Source: an uncultured Methanosarcinales archaeon (GTDB taxonomy: Archaea; Nanobdellota; Nanobdellia; Woesearchaeales; CAZYIM01). Taken from it: 18,628 nt of DNA. Below, in pieces: positions 1 to 9,812 of this stretch. The position numbers and the translations under genes were made by a program. Under the pieces are notes generated by a model. That model did not search any database, had not been told where the DNA came from, and saw only the letters and a program-made list of their open reading frames with translations. Within the stretch, counting starts at the first letter, position 1, and each line of letters starts with the position of its first letter. The stretch spans positions 1 to 18,628 of the forward strand of contig CAZYIM010000042.1 of NCBI GenBank assembly GCA_964647565.1, written 5' to 3'.

Positions 1-1353
1 GCAAAGGTTTACGAAAATAACAAAACTAGTAAGACTCAAATTAATATGAGCTTGTTTAGAGTCCAAAATCAGCAGCAGGTTGAACTATATCTAAGTAATA
101 AGAGAATCCCTTATATCAATCTCACACTAGAGAGAATTATTGAACTCGTAAATATTGAAAATCTAAATTTAATTGGTTTTTCCATTCTAAGTGTTGAATA
201 TCTTTTGCCTGCCTTATGTCTGAGTAAGAAGATTAAGGAAAAAAATCCAGATATTAAGGTGATATTCGGAGGACCTTTTTTAGACCAGAAAAAAACTAGC
301 AAAGAGATCTTGAAAGATTTTGATTTCATTGATTATCTTGTAAGAGGAGAAGGTGAACTCGCCCTGCTCAAACTTGTTCATTATTTAGAAGGAAAAGAAG
401 AACTGGCACAGGTTCCTAATCTAATCTATAGATCTAAAAATCAAGTTAAAGCTAACAAATCTGCCTGCCTAAATGCAGAGGAAATACCACCCCCTGATTA
501 TTCAGGTCTCAACCTTGCACTTTATGAAAAGGTCCCTTTTATCAGCTATTATATTGCAAAAGGCTGTATTAACAGATGCACTTTCTGTACTGGCTGGCTC
601 AACCATAAATTTGAAAGAAAATCAATTAACAAGGTCATAAAAGAACTTAAGTTATTGAAAGAAAAATATTCTGATTATATCAATTTTAATGACAACCTGC
701 TTAATTCAGATTATGACTATCTAACTGAGTTATGTGATAAGATGATATCAAACCATCTTAACCTGAAATGGGATTGTCTGCTTATGCCAAAAAATCTTGA
801 TAAGCCACTTTTACAAAAGATGATGGAGGCGGGTTGTCAGCGACTTCAATATGGTGTAGAAACCGGCAGTCCAGCAGTACTCAAGTACAAGGGTAAGACT
901 TTTAAGCCAGAAGAGGCGACCAAAATCATTCGCTGGACGGATGAGGTCGGTATCTGTGGCACAGTTAATCTTATTGCAGGATTTCCAACAGAAACTGAAC
1001 AAAACTTAAGAGAGACAATGAAATTCTTGAAAAACTCCTTATCTAATACCACACATATAACTATAAATCTTTTCATGTTCGGACTATCTAATGAGTCAAT
1101 TATTGAAAAAGTGCCTGAACGATTTAACATCTTAATCAAACATCCAAAAAAACAAGGGCTACTTGGGAATTATACCACTCCACCTATTTATATTAAACCT
1201 GGTATTGGGGATCCCTACCCTCAAAAACAAGACCATTACAGAAAAATAGTTGAATTTATCAAAAATAATAATCTTAAGTTCCAGAATGCAGGAGATGTAA
1301 GACGTATGCTTGAAATGATTAATGTGGACAATAAAAGAGCAAAGCTTAAATAA
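1..1353 (+). CDS. B12-binding-domain radical SAM protein (class B methyltransferase-like), 5'-partial
   Basis: Radical SAM motif KGCINRCTFC (CxxxCxxC); N-terminal cobalamin-binding-like segments LIGFSILS, KVIFGGPF and DYLVRGEGE; YGVETGS and LIAGFPTET motifs. The frame is open from base 1 (AKVYENNKTSKTQIN then M at 46), so the true start is probably left of the window. Confidence 0.85.
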   Translation, partial: AKVYENNKTSKTQINMSLFRVQNQQQVELYLSNKRIPYINLTLERIIELVNIENLNLIGFSILSVEYLLPALCLSKKIKEKNPDIKVIFGGPFLDQKKTSKEILKDFDFIDYLVRGEGELALLKLVHYLEGKEELAQVPNLIYRSKNQVKANKSACLNAEEIPPPDYSGLNLALYEKVPFISYYIAKGCINRCTFCTGWLNHKFERKSINKVIKELKLLKEKYSDYINFNDNLLNSDYDYLTELCDKMISNHLNLKWDCLLMPKNLDKPLLQKMMEAGCQRLQYGVETGSPAVLKYKGKTFKPEEATKIIRWTDEVGICGTVNLIAGFPTETEQNLRETMKFLKNSLSNTTHITINLFMFGLSNESIIEKVPERFNILIKHPKKQGLLGNYTTPPIYIKPGIGDPYPQKQDHYRKIVEFIKNNNLKFQNAGDVRRMLEMINVDNKRAKLK

Positions 1354-1380
1354 AAGTCCTGTCATAATTATGTTCGAGAG

Positions 1381-2304
1381 GTGAGTTTAATAGAGTTTTT
1401 AGGCTTAAATATAAATCTTGAATTTCTTACAAGAATAGCCATACCTATAGCAATACTTCTTTTTACATTTATTTTCGCAAAGCTTGCAAATCAAGTGTGG
1501 AAAAATATCTTTCAAAAGAGAAAGCAGTTTGGAAAAATGGATAGCACACAAATTATTTTTGTCAGGCGTTTTAGTATTGCTCTAATCTATCTTTTAGGTA
1601 TTGTTGCAGCTATGCTTCAGATACCTGCGCTAAGATCACTCTCACTTTCATTATTCGCAGGTGCAGGCATACTTGCTGCAATCATTGGTTTTGCATCGCA
1701 AAAAGCATTCTCAAACCTGATAAGTGGGATTTTTATTGCACTTTATGAACCGTTCAGGGTAGGTGATAAAATTCAGCTTAAGAATTATTTTGGTACTGTA
1801 ACCGATATAAACCTACGCCATACGACAATGAGAACAGTAGACCATAAGTTCATCATTGTCCCAAACTCTATTATGGGTGAAAATGAAATTGAGAATTTTT
1901 CGATTGAAGATCAGAGAATACTGAATTTTGTTGATATTCCAGTAAGTTATGAAGCAGATATTGACAAGGCAAGAATCATTATAGGCGAAGAAGCTAGAAA
2001 GCACCCATATTTCCTTGATTACAAATATGAACATGAACTTTTAGGAGCTGAAGAAAAGGTAAAAATCAAACTAACTGACTTCAAAGATTCTGCATTGAAT
2101 CTGAGGCTTTATATCTGGACTTCGAACTTTTCAAATGGCATCAAACTTAAAGAAGATTTAAATGAACACATTCGTAACAGGTTTGCAAATGAAGGTATTG
2201 AGATACCTTATCCTTATAGAAATATTGTATATAAAAGCAGTTCTGAAAAGAAAGGAAAGAAAAAAGCCTCAAAAAAGGTAAAGTATAAAAGAAAAAAAAG
2301 ATAA
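1381..2304 (+). CDS. mscS: Small-conductance mechanosensitive channel (MscS family)
   Basis: Three N-terminal hydrophobic helices; GFASQKAFSNLISGIFIALYEPFRVGDKI, GTVTDINLRHT, IVPNS and GIEIPYP motifs. GTG start; Lys-rich C-terminal tail. Confidence 0.92.
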   Translation: MSLIEFLGLNINLEFLTRIAIPIAILLFTFIFAKLANQVWKNIFQKRKQFGKMDSTQIIFVRRFSIALIYLLGIVAAMLQIPALRSLSLSLFAGAGILAAIIGFASQKAFSNLISGIFIALYEPFRVGDKIQLKNYFGTVTDINLRHTTMRTVDHKFIIVPNSIMGENEIENFSIEDQRILNFVDIPVSYEADIDKARIIIGEEARKHPYFLDYKYEHELLGAEEKVKIKLTDFKDSALNLRLYIWTSNFSNGIKLKEDLNEHIRNRFANEGIEIPYPYRNIVYKSSSEKKGKKKASKKVKYKRKKR

Positions 2305-2313
2305 CCAGTATAT

Positions 2314-2949
2314 ATGGAAGCTTTTTCTAAACTAAGAAAAGAGATGGTAGATTATCAAATAAGAAATAGAGGCATCACTAATAAAGGTGTTCTAGAAGCT
2401 TTAGAAGCAGTACCTAGAGAGGAATTTGTACTGGATCAGTTCTCTACTGAGGCTTATGATGACGGTCCATTGCCTATTGATTGTGATCAGACTATCAGTC
2501 AACCATATATAGTAGCAATTATGACAGAACTTCTTGAACCAAAAAAAACAGACAGGGTCTTGGAAATAGGTACAGGCTCAGGTTACCAGGCAGCAGTGCT
2601 ATCTCTATTGGTAAATGAGGTTTACACTCTTGAAAGACATAAATATCTTGTAAAGAAAAGTTCTGGACTGCTTAACAAATTGGGTTATAAAAATATTCAT
2701 GTGATTGAAAGGGATGGCACATGTGGCTACAAGAAGGGAGCGCCATATGACAAAATTGTGGTAACTGCCGCCACAAAAAAAGTTCCAAAACCATTAATTG
2801 AACAACTTAAAGAAGGGGGGATTTTAGTTGCTCCCGTAGGAGGTTCGTGGAGCCAGATTCTTCAGAAAATTACAAAAAAGAAAGGGAAAATCATTGTTGA
2901 AAATTTACTCGGCTGCAGGTTCGTACCTCTTATTGGCGAGCATAGCTAG
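2314..2949 (+). CDS. pcm: Protein-L-isoaspartate(D-aspartate) O-methyltransferase
   Basis: VPREEFV, AYDDGPLPI, QTISQPYIVA, SAM-binding VLEIGTGSGYQAA, APYDKIVVTAA and FVPL motifs. Confidence 0.95.
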   Translation: MEAFSKLRKEMVDYQIRNRGITNKGVLEALEAVPREEFVLDQFSTEAYDDGPLPIDCDQTISQPYIVAIMTELLEPKKTDRVLEIGTGSGYQAAVLSLLVNEVYTLERHKYLVKKSSGLLNKLGYKNIHVIERDGTCGYKKGAPYDKIVVTAATKKVPKPLIEQLKEGGILVAPVGGSWSQILQKITKKKGKIIVENLLGCRFVPLIGEHS

Positions 2950-2973
2950 TGCGAGAAAGTAAATCTCGACTAG
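2946..2973 (+). terminator. Hairpin overlapping the pcm stop codon (possible terminator or processing stem)
   Basis: CTAGT-g-CGAGA-aagtaaa-TCTCG-ACTAG: 10-bp stem with one bulge; no strong T-tract follows. Confidence 0.35.
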
Positions 2974-2983
2974 ATAATAATTA

Positions 2984-2998
2984 CAAATATTTAAAAAT
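2984..2998 (+). promoter_or_regulatory. Putative BRE/TATA promoter of ppsA
   Basis: caaata-TTTAAAAA-t; resembles the other purine-rich-plus-TTTA(T/A)A boxes in the window. Confidence 0.45.
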
Positions 2999-3073
2999 AG
3001 ACAGATCTAATTTAAAATAATAGTTAAATATGGTTGGGAAATTGAGGTGAGATAGTTTCTCGGAGGGAATTGA

Positions 3074-5491
3074 ATGGATAATTCAAATGAATTCATTTTA
3101 TGGTTTGACCAGATAGGTATTGAAGATGTTGGTGTTGTTGGAGGCAAAAATGCATCCTTAGGCGAGATGTATAGAAATCTCACCCAAAAAATGGTAAAGG
3201 TGCCAAACGGATTTGCTATCACGGCTCACGCTTATCGTTATCTACTTGAAAAAACCCATGCTAAAGATAAAATTGCTGATATACTTAAGGATTTGAATAC
3301 AAAGGACCTACACAATCTGGCTGATAAAGGCTCTAATGTGAGAAGTCTGATACGTAATCTGGAGTTTCCACCTGAATTGAGAGATTCAATTATCACAGCC
3401 TATAAAAATCTGGAAACCCAGTATGGAGAGAATGTCGATGTTGCTGTGAGGAGTTCTGCAACAGCAGAAGATCTTCCTGACGCATCATTTGCAGGTCAGC
3501 AGGAAACCTATCTAAACATCAAAGGCTATGATGAGATAATTGATGCATGCAAGAAATGTTTTGCATCCTTGTTCACCAATAGGGCAATCTCTTACAGGGA
3601 AGACAAGGGTTTTGATCATTTCTCAATAGCCTTAAGCATAGGAATCCAAAAAATGGTGCGGTCTGATATGGCATGCTCAGGAGTTATGTTCTCAATAGAT
3701 ACAGAATCAGGATTCAGAGATGCTGTATTTGTCACAGGATCATATGGTCTTGGAGAAAATGTAGTTCAAGGCGCTGTAAACCCGGATGAATTCTATATCC
3801 ACAAACCTACATTAAGAGAAGGCTTCAGATCAATTATAATGCGCAAGATGGGTGAAAAAGCCATTAAGATGATTTATACACAGGATCACAAGCACCCTAC
3901 TAAGAATGTCAATGTTGCCGCAGAAGACAGCGGAAGATTTTGCCTCACTGATGATGAAGTTCTTGAACTGGCCAGAATGGCTGTGACCATAGAAGATCAT
4001 TACTCAGATAAGGCTGCACATTTCAAACCTATGGACATGGAATGGGCAAAGGATGGACAAACAGGAGAGCTGTTCATTGTACAAGCCAGACCTGAGACAG
4101 TCCAATCCCAAAAGGATGTCAATGTCCTAAAGACATATGAACTGGAACAAAAAGGAGAAGTAATCATAACCGGTAAATCAGTAGGTTCACGCATAGGTCA
4201 TGGAAAAGCACATATTATCAAAGATGTGCATAATATCCATGACTTTCAAGAAGGCGAGGTGTTGGTAACTGACATGACTGATCCTGACTGGGAACCTATT
4301 ATGAAAATAGCTTCTGCCATTGTCACGAACAGGGGTGGAAGAACCTGCCATGCTGCGATTATCAGCAGAGAACTTGGAATTCCTTGTGTTGTTGGAACTA
4401 ACAATGCCACTGAAACAGCCCAAAGTAGTGAAGATATCACAGTTGACTGTTCACAAGGAGCACAGGGCTTTGTTTACAGAGGTATCCTTCCATTTAAGAT
4501 TAACGAAGTCAAATTGGATGAAATGCCAAAAACTAAGACCAAAATCATGATGAATATTGGCAATCCTGAACAGGCATTTGAACTCAGTTTTATCCCAAAT
4601 AAGGGGGTAGGTCTGGCCAGGGAAGAGTTCGTCATCAATTCATATATTCAAATACATCCTTTAGCTCTATTAAGATTTGATGAGCTGCATGATGAAGAAG
4701 CCAAGAACATAATACTGGAAAAAACCAAAGGCTATGAAAACAAGGCAGATTACTTTGTAGAAAAGCTTGCAGAAGGCATAGGTATGCTTGGAGCTGCATT
4801 TTATCCTAAAAAAGTAATCGTTCGACTGTCAGATTTTAAATCCAATGAATACGCAAGCCTGATAGGCGGTAAGCAGTTTGAACCAGTAGAAGACAATCCT
4901 ATGATTGGCTGGAGAGGAGCCTCAAGATATTATGATCCGAATTATAAGGAAGCCTTTGGACTAGAGTGTAAAGCATTCATCAAGGTCCGAAACGAGATGG
5001 GCTTAAAAAATGTCGAGGTCATGATCCCCTTCCCCAGAACAGTAGAAGAATGCAGGAAAGTTATAGATACCATGGCAGAGTACGGTCTAAAAAAAGGAGA
5101 ACATGGTCTAAGGGTGATTGGCATGTGTGAAATCCCTGCAAATGTGATTCTAGCAGAAGATTTCCTCGAAATAGTTGATGGTTTCTCTATCGGTACCAAC
5201 GATCTCACCCAATTGATATTGGGCATAGACAGGGATTCTGAACTAATAGCCCACATCTATGATGAACGGAATGATGCAGTTAAAAGGATGGTTAAATGGG
5301 TCATTGAGACTTGCAATCACAAAGGCAGATATATTGGTATTTGCGGCCAGGCGCCATCTGATTACCCTGAGTTTGCAGAGTTTGTTGTCAAATGTGGTAT
5401 TCAGTCAGTATCATTAAATCCAGATACAGTCATAAAAACAACTCTGGCAATTGCAGAATTAGAAAAAAACCTGGGCATTAATCCAGAATAA
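3074..5491 (+). CDS. ppsA: Phosphoenolpyruvate synthase (pyruvate, water dikinase)
   Basis: VGGKNASLGEM, VAVRSSATAEDLPDASFAGQQET, phospho-His motif GGRTCHAAIISRELG, NPMIGWRGASRY, FSIGTNDLTQ and GICGQAPSD. RBS GGAGGG at 3062-3067. Confidence 0.97.
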   Translation: MDNSNEFILWFDQIGIEDVGVVGGKNASLGEMYRNLTQKMVKVPNGFAITAHAYRYLLEKTHAKDKIADILKDLNTKDLHNLADKGSNVRSLIRNLEFPPELRDSIITAYKNLETQYGENVDVAVRSSATAEDLPDASFAGQQETYLNIKGYDEIIDACKKCFASLFTNRAISYREDKGFDHFSIALSIGIQKMVRSDMACSGVMFSIDTESGFRDAVFVTGSYGLGENVVQGAVNPDEFYIHKPTLREGFRSIIMRKMGEKAIKMIYTQDHKHPTKNVNVAAEDSGRFCLTDDEVLELARMAVTIEDHYSDKAAHFKPMDMEWAKDGQTGELFIVQARPETVQSQKDVNVLKTYELEQKGEVIITGKSVGSRIGHGKAHIIKDVHNIHDFQEGEVLVTDMTDPDWEPIMKIASAIVTNRGGRTCHAAIISRELGIPCVVGTNNATETAQSSEDITVDCSQGAQGFVYRGILPFKINEVKLDEMPKTKTKIMMNIGNPEQAFELSFIPNKGVGLAREEFVINSYIQIHPLALLRFDELHDEEAKNIILEKTKGYENKADYFVEKLAEGIGMLGAAFYPKKVIVRLSDFKSNEYASLIGGKQFEPVEDNPMIGWRGASRYYDPNYKEAFGLECKAFIKVRNEMGLKNVEVMIPFPRTVEECRKVIDTMAEYGLKKGEHGLRVIGMCEIPANVILAEDFLEIVDGFSIGTNDLTQLILGIDRDSELIAHIYDERNDAVKRMVKWVIETCNHKGRYIGICGQAPSDYPEFAEFVVKCGIQSVSLNPDTVIKTTLAIAELEKNLGINPE

Positions 5492-5516
5492 AAATCCATT
5501 TTAATAAATAAGGGGG

Positions 5517-5744
5517 TTGGCTTTGGAAAAAAAATCTAATAAACTGGATGAGGGTATAGAAAAAGAAGTCAATGACATGTCGAAACAAGAGTTAAGAGAG
5601 CTAGTTATGGTAAACACATACAAACTTGCCATGGCCAGAGCGCAGATTGAAGCAATGAAGGAAATTCTGATAAAAAAGAAAGTTACAACGTATGAAGAGA
5701 TTTGGAAGAAAACCAACGAAACATTTAAGAATTCTAGTGTTTAA
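5517..5744 (+). CDS. Small helical hypothetical protein (75 aa) between ppsA and gap
   Basis: Co-oriented ORF with a GGGGG RBS-like run at 5512-5516; start is TTG 5517 or TTG 5523; amphipathic segment IEAMKEILIKKKVTTYEEI. Confidence 0.7.
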   Translation: MALEKKSNKLDEGIEKEVNDMSKQELRELVMVNTYKLAMARAQIEAMKEILIKKKVTTYEEIWKKTNETFKNSSV

Positions 5745-5786
5745 CAGTCGAATAACATAAAATCAATGTTAATCTAGGGGGGAATA

Positions 5787-6885
<1,099 letters not shown>

Positions 6886-6893
6886 CTATAAAA

Positions 6894-7979
6894 TTATTTT
6901 TTATATTTTTCTTTAATATAATCATAAAGTAGCTTGCTGACTTCCATATGTGCAATCTCATTCGGGTGATGGTCAGACTTATGCACCCATAGTTCTTTAT
7001 CTTCATACGTATCTAGGATATCAAGGCTGTTGGTATATTCTATATCGTTGACATCACAAAAATCAATTAATGCATTGATAACATTAGAATAAGGATAATC
7101 CTGCAGTTGTATGAGCTCTGGAAAGACAAGAAGAATAAAATCTGACCCATCTTTTATAATATCTTCTTGCAGGACAAGAATATCATAAAAATTGCTCATT
7201 CCTGTATCGAGTTCCTGATTGGTCACCTTAATGATCTCATCAGATACTTTTTTTGTCTTGACTAAATGCCAAAGATAGCGTCCAACAGCACTCCATTTCA
7301 GCATTTCAGGCGGATCAAATGCAGAGACATAGTTACCATTTATCAACTTGAGATGGGCTTGGCTTATTGAAGACACAGGAAAATCATTGGTATTCCATTG
7401 GAGAATCACTAAATCAGGATCAAGATTTTCACCATATTCCCTATAGGTTTGATGCGCTTTCTTAGTGTCCGCACCCGCCTTGCCTAAATTAAGGACTTCT
7501 ATAAATTCAGAATCGAAATCCTCATTTTTTAATAACCATTCCAACCGTTCAACAAATGTGTCTTTCCTTAAAACACCCTCTCCAAATGTGAATGAGTCGC
7601 CAAGCACTATAATTCTAAAAACATTTTCGGGTTTAGTATAGTTTAGAGCAGGACTCCTAAAAAAATCAATATTAACAGAATGAGAAACACAATTATCCTT
7701 ATCAAAGTATCCTCTTTCATTGCTTGAATAACAGTATTTGAACTGAGCAGTTCCATCTAAATAATCCTTACCATATATACTCCCCGCCCAAATAGTTTTT
7801 CTGCCGTTTACAATAAAAGTTCTAGGTTGAGACAGGGCGATGTCAAATATCATAAAAAATAAATTAACAATAATTAAGAGCAGGAATATGGCTAGAATTA
7901 CTGTTAAAACTCTAAACATATAATATTTGGTAGATTTTTCTTTTTTTTGTTTTCTTTTGACCACTCTTCTAGTTCCCAA
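6894..7979 (-). CDS. Membrane-anchored SGNH/GDSL hydrolase family protein
   Basis: Block I IIVLGDSFTFGEG, block II NLGKAG, block III WNTND, block V DHHPNEIAH; N-terminal basic stretch followed by a TM helix. TTG start is uncertain but lies 29 nt from a minus-strand TATA. Confidence 0.85.
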   Translation of the reverse strand: MGTRRVVKRKQKKEKSTKYYMFRVLTVILAIFLLLIIVNLFFMIFDIALSQPRTFIVNGRKTIWAGSIYGKDYLDGTAQFKYCYSSNERGYFDKDNCVSHSVNIDFFRSPALNYTKPENVFRIIVLGDSFTFGEGVLRKDTFVERLEWLLKNEDFDSEFIEVLNLGKAGADTKKAHQTYREYGENLDPDLVILQWNTNDFPVSSISQAHLKLINGNYVSAFDPPEMLKWSAVGRYLWHLVKTKKVSDEIIKVTNQELDTGMSNFYDILVLQEDIIKDGSDFILLVFPELIQLQDYPYSNVINALIDFCDVNDIEYTNSLDILDTYEDKELWVHKSDHHPNEIAHMEVSKLLYDYIKEKYKK

Positions 7980-7997
7980 ATCTGTATTATTCTTCAG

Positions 7998-8014
7998 TAT
8001 TTATATAACTTTTT
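7998..8014 (-). promoter_or_regulatory. Putative BRE/TATA promoter of the SGNH gene
   Basis: Minus strand reads aaaaag-TTATATAA-ata; TATA start is 29 nt upstream of TTG 7979. Confidence 0.55.
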
Positions 8015-8035
8015 CTTCATTATTATGTCTTCTAG

Positions 8036-8050
8036 AATAACCTTTAAATA
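8036..8050 (+). promoter_or_regulatory. Putative BRE/TATA promoter of the EEP gene
   Basis: aataacc-TTTAAATA, 33 nt upstream of ATG 8076. Confidence 0.55.
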
Positions 8051-8075
8051 AAATGCCTCATCCCTGTTTAGTAGG

Positions 8076-8882
8076 ATGATATTCAAGATTATGGCGTATA
8101 ATATTGAAAGAGGTTTTCATACATGGGATCATGAACTAGAGAACAATCGTTTAAATGCGGCCCAGCAGGTTGTTAAGAATGTCAATCCAGACATACTCGC
8201 AATCACAGAGGCATGTTATGGGAGTCCTAATTCTCACAATATCTTAATGGATTATCAAGATCTCTTTGCATTTCCGTATGGCAAATATGGCTGCTATAGG
8301 GTGTTTGGGCCAAGAAAGGGAGATGAAGGGGGTAATTGCCTCCTATCAAAATATCCCTTGAAAGGTAAAACCATTGATTTTGAGTATAAGGGTGCTGTTA
8401 GGGGATTCATATCATTAGAGGGCAAAGTCCTGACTGTTGATGTTGTACATCCTTCGCATTCTGTGGATGATGCAGTAAAACTGGAGACCATAAAACCATT
8501 GGTTGATAATCGTTCAACACCATATATTCTTACAGGAGATTTCAACACAACACACCCTGATGATTCTTATGACTGGGAAAAAATAGCAGAGGAACTTCAG
8601 ACATTTGACCCAAAAAAAGCGGATCATCTGATTGACAATTGGCAAAAAGCTGATCTGGTATCCTGGATTTTAGAACAAGGCCTTGAAGATGCGTTTCCTC
8701 TAGAAGCCAGACAGTCGACCCTACCCACTTTCTACACACACAACAAGCACTCACATGGCATAAGGATGGATTTCTTTTTCAAGTCCAGGGATCTGAAAGT
8801 CAAGGAAGCATATGTTCTTAAGAATGACCTTACTGAAAATGCATCAGATCATTATCCGATTGTGGGCATATTTGAAACTTAA
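8076..8882 (+). CDS. Endonuclease/exonuclease/phosphatase (EEP) family protein
   Basis: MAYNI, PDILAITE, GNCLLSKYP, LTGDFN, RMDFFF and ASDHYPI are the canonical EEP motifs. Confidence 0.9.
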   Translation: MIFKIMAYNIERGFHTWDHELENNRLNAAQQVVKNVNPDILAITEACYGSPNSHNILMDYQDLFAFPYGKYGCYRVFGPRKGDEGGNCLLSKYPLKGKTIDFEYKGAVRGFISLEGKVLTVDVVHPSHSVDDAVKLETIKPLVDNRSTPYILTGDFNTTHPDDSYDWEKIAEELQTFDPKKADHLIDNWQKADLVSWILEQGLEDAFPLEARQSTLPTFYTHNKHSHGIRMDFFFKSRDLKVKEAYVLKNDLTENASDHYPIVGIFET

Positions 8883-8926
8883 TCCTAAACAATAACTTTT
8901 TATATTAGATTTTTTAAAGTACAAAT

Positions 8927-9766
8927 ATGGTTCTTGAAAAGATCTATGCTATTGACTTTATGAAGAGGAAGAAAACTGCAGCATTTTTATTGGGTCTAGC
9001 GTATTCAATCTTTGGCCTGTTTGGAGCACTATTGCTGTATCCTGAAAATCCTACGTTCGTAGCCTTAACATTCATCACCATCCTGCTCATCCCTTCATTA
9101 GAAAAACTACTCTCAGAAGGTGAAGAGGAAAAATACGATTTTACTAAACTTTGGAGAATCCATACTAAACGTAAACATATTTTCAGAATTTTCATTTTCA
9201 TTTTTCTTGGAATTGTAGTAGCATTTGCATTTTTTTCTGTAGTTATGCCCGAAAGCTCAGTCAGCCATCTTTTTAAGAATCAGTTAGATATCCTTAAATA
9301 TTCATCAACTGACTATGTCGGATCAGGATTTGGCAATATTACTTCTATCTTGTTCAATAACCTTTCTGTGCTCTTGGTTTGCTGTATTGTATCGTTCATT
9401 TATGGAATTGGTGGTTCATTGTTTGTTTTGATATGGAATGCTTCTGTATTTGGAACCATCTTTGGTTTTGTTGCACGACATGGTGCAGGAGCCCTTCACA
9501 TCACGCCTGTAACATACCTGATCATCATCTTAATAGCTGTGCTACCGCACATGATTCTTGAAGTCTTAGGATACTTCATGGGTGGTGTAGGAGGCAAGTT
9601 ACTATCAGATTATATTGTCCAGAAAAAACTTACAAAGAAGACATTATCTACAAAGGTCATTACTTTTTTCACTTTATTCCTATCTGCAGTTGTGCTGATT
9701 TTTATCTCATCCTATATAGAAGGATATTTTGCCCCATTCATCATCAGGTATATGGTCGGCATTTAA
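8927..9766 (+). CDS. Stage II sporulation protein M (SpoIIM/DUF95) family integral membrane protein
   Basis: Multiple TM helices; ILFNNLSV, WNASVFG and LPHMILEVLGYF motifs. TTTATA at 8899 lies 28 nt upstream, consistent with a leaderless mRNA. Confidence 0.8.
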   Translation: MVLEKIYAIDFMKRKKTAAFLLGLAYSIFGLFGALLLYPENPTFVALTFITILLIPSLEKLLSEGEEEKYDFTKLWRIHTKRKHIFRIFIFIFLGIVVAFAFFSVVMPESSVSHLFKNQLDILKYSSTDYVGSGFGNITSILFNNLSVLLVCCIVSFIYGIGGSLFVLIWNASVFGTIFGFVARHGAGALHITPVTYLIIILIAVLPHMILEVLGYFMGGVGGKLLSDYIVQKKLTKKTLSTKVITFFTLFLSAVVLIFISSYIEGYFAPFIIRYMVGI

Positions 9767-9769
9767 TAA

Positions 9770-9785
9770 CAAAACCTTTATAAAT
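9770..9785 (+). promoter_or_regulatory. BRE/TATA promoter of the Cys-rich lipoprotein gene
   Basis: caaaacc-TTTATAAA-t, followed by RBS GGTGA at 9808-9812 and in-frame ATGs at 9813 and 9819. Confidence 0.65.
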
Positions 9786-9812
9786 GATAGATTTCAGAAG
9801 TTAGATTGGTGA

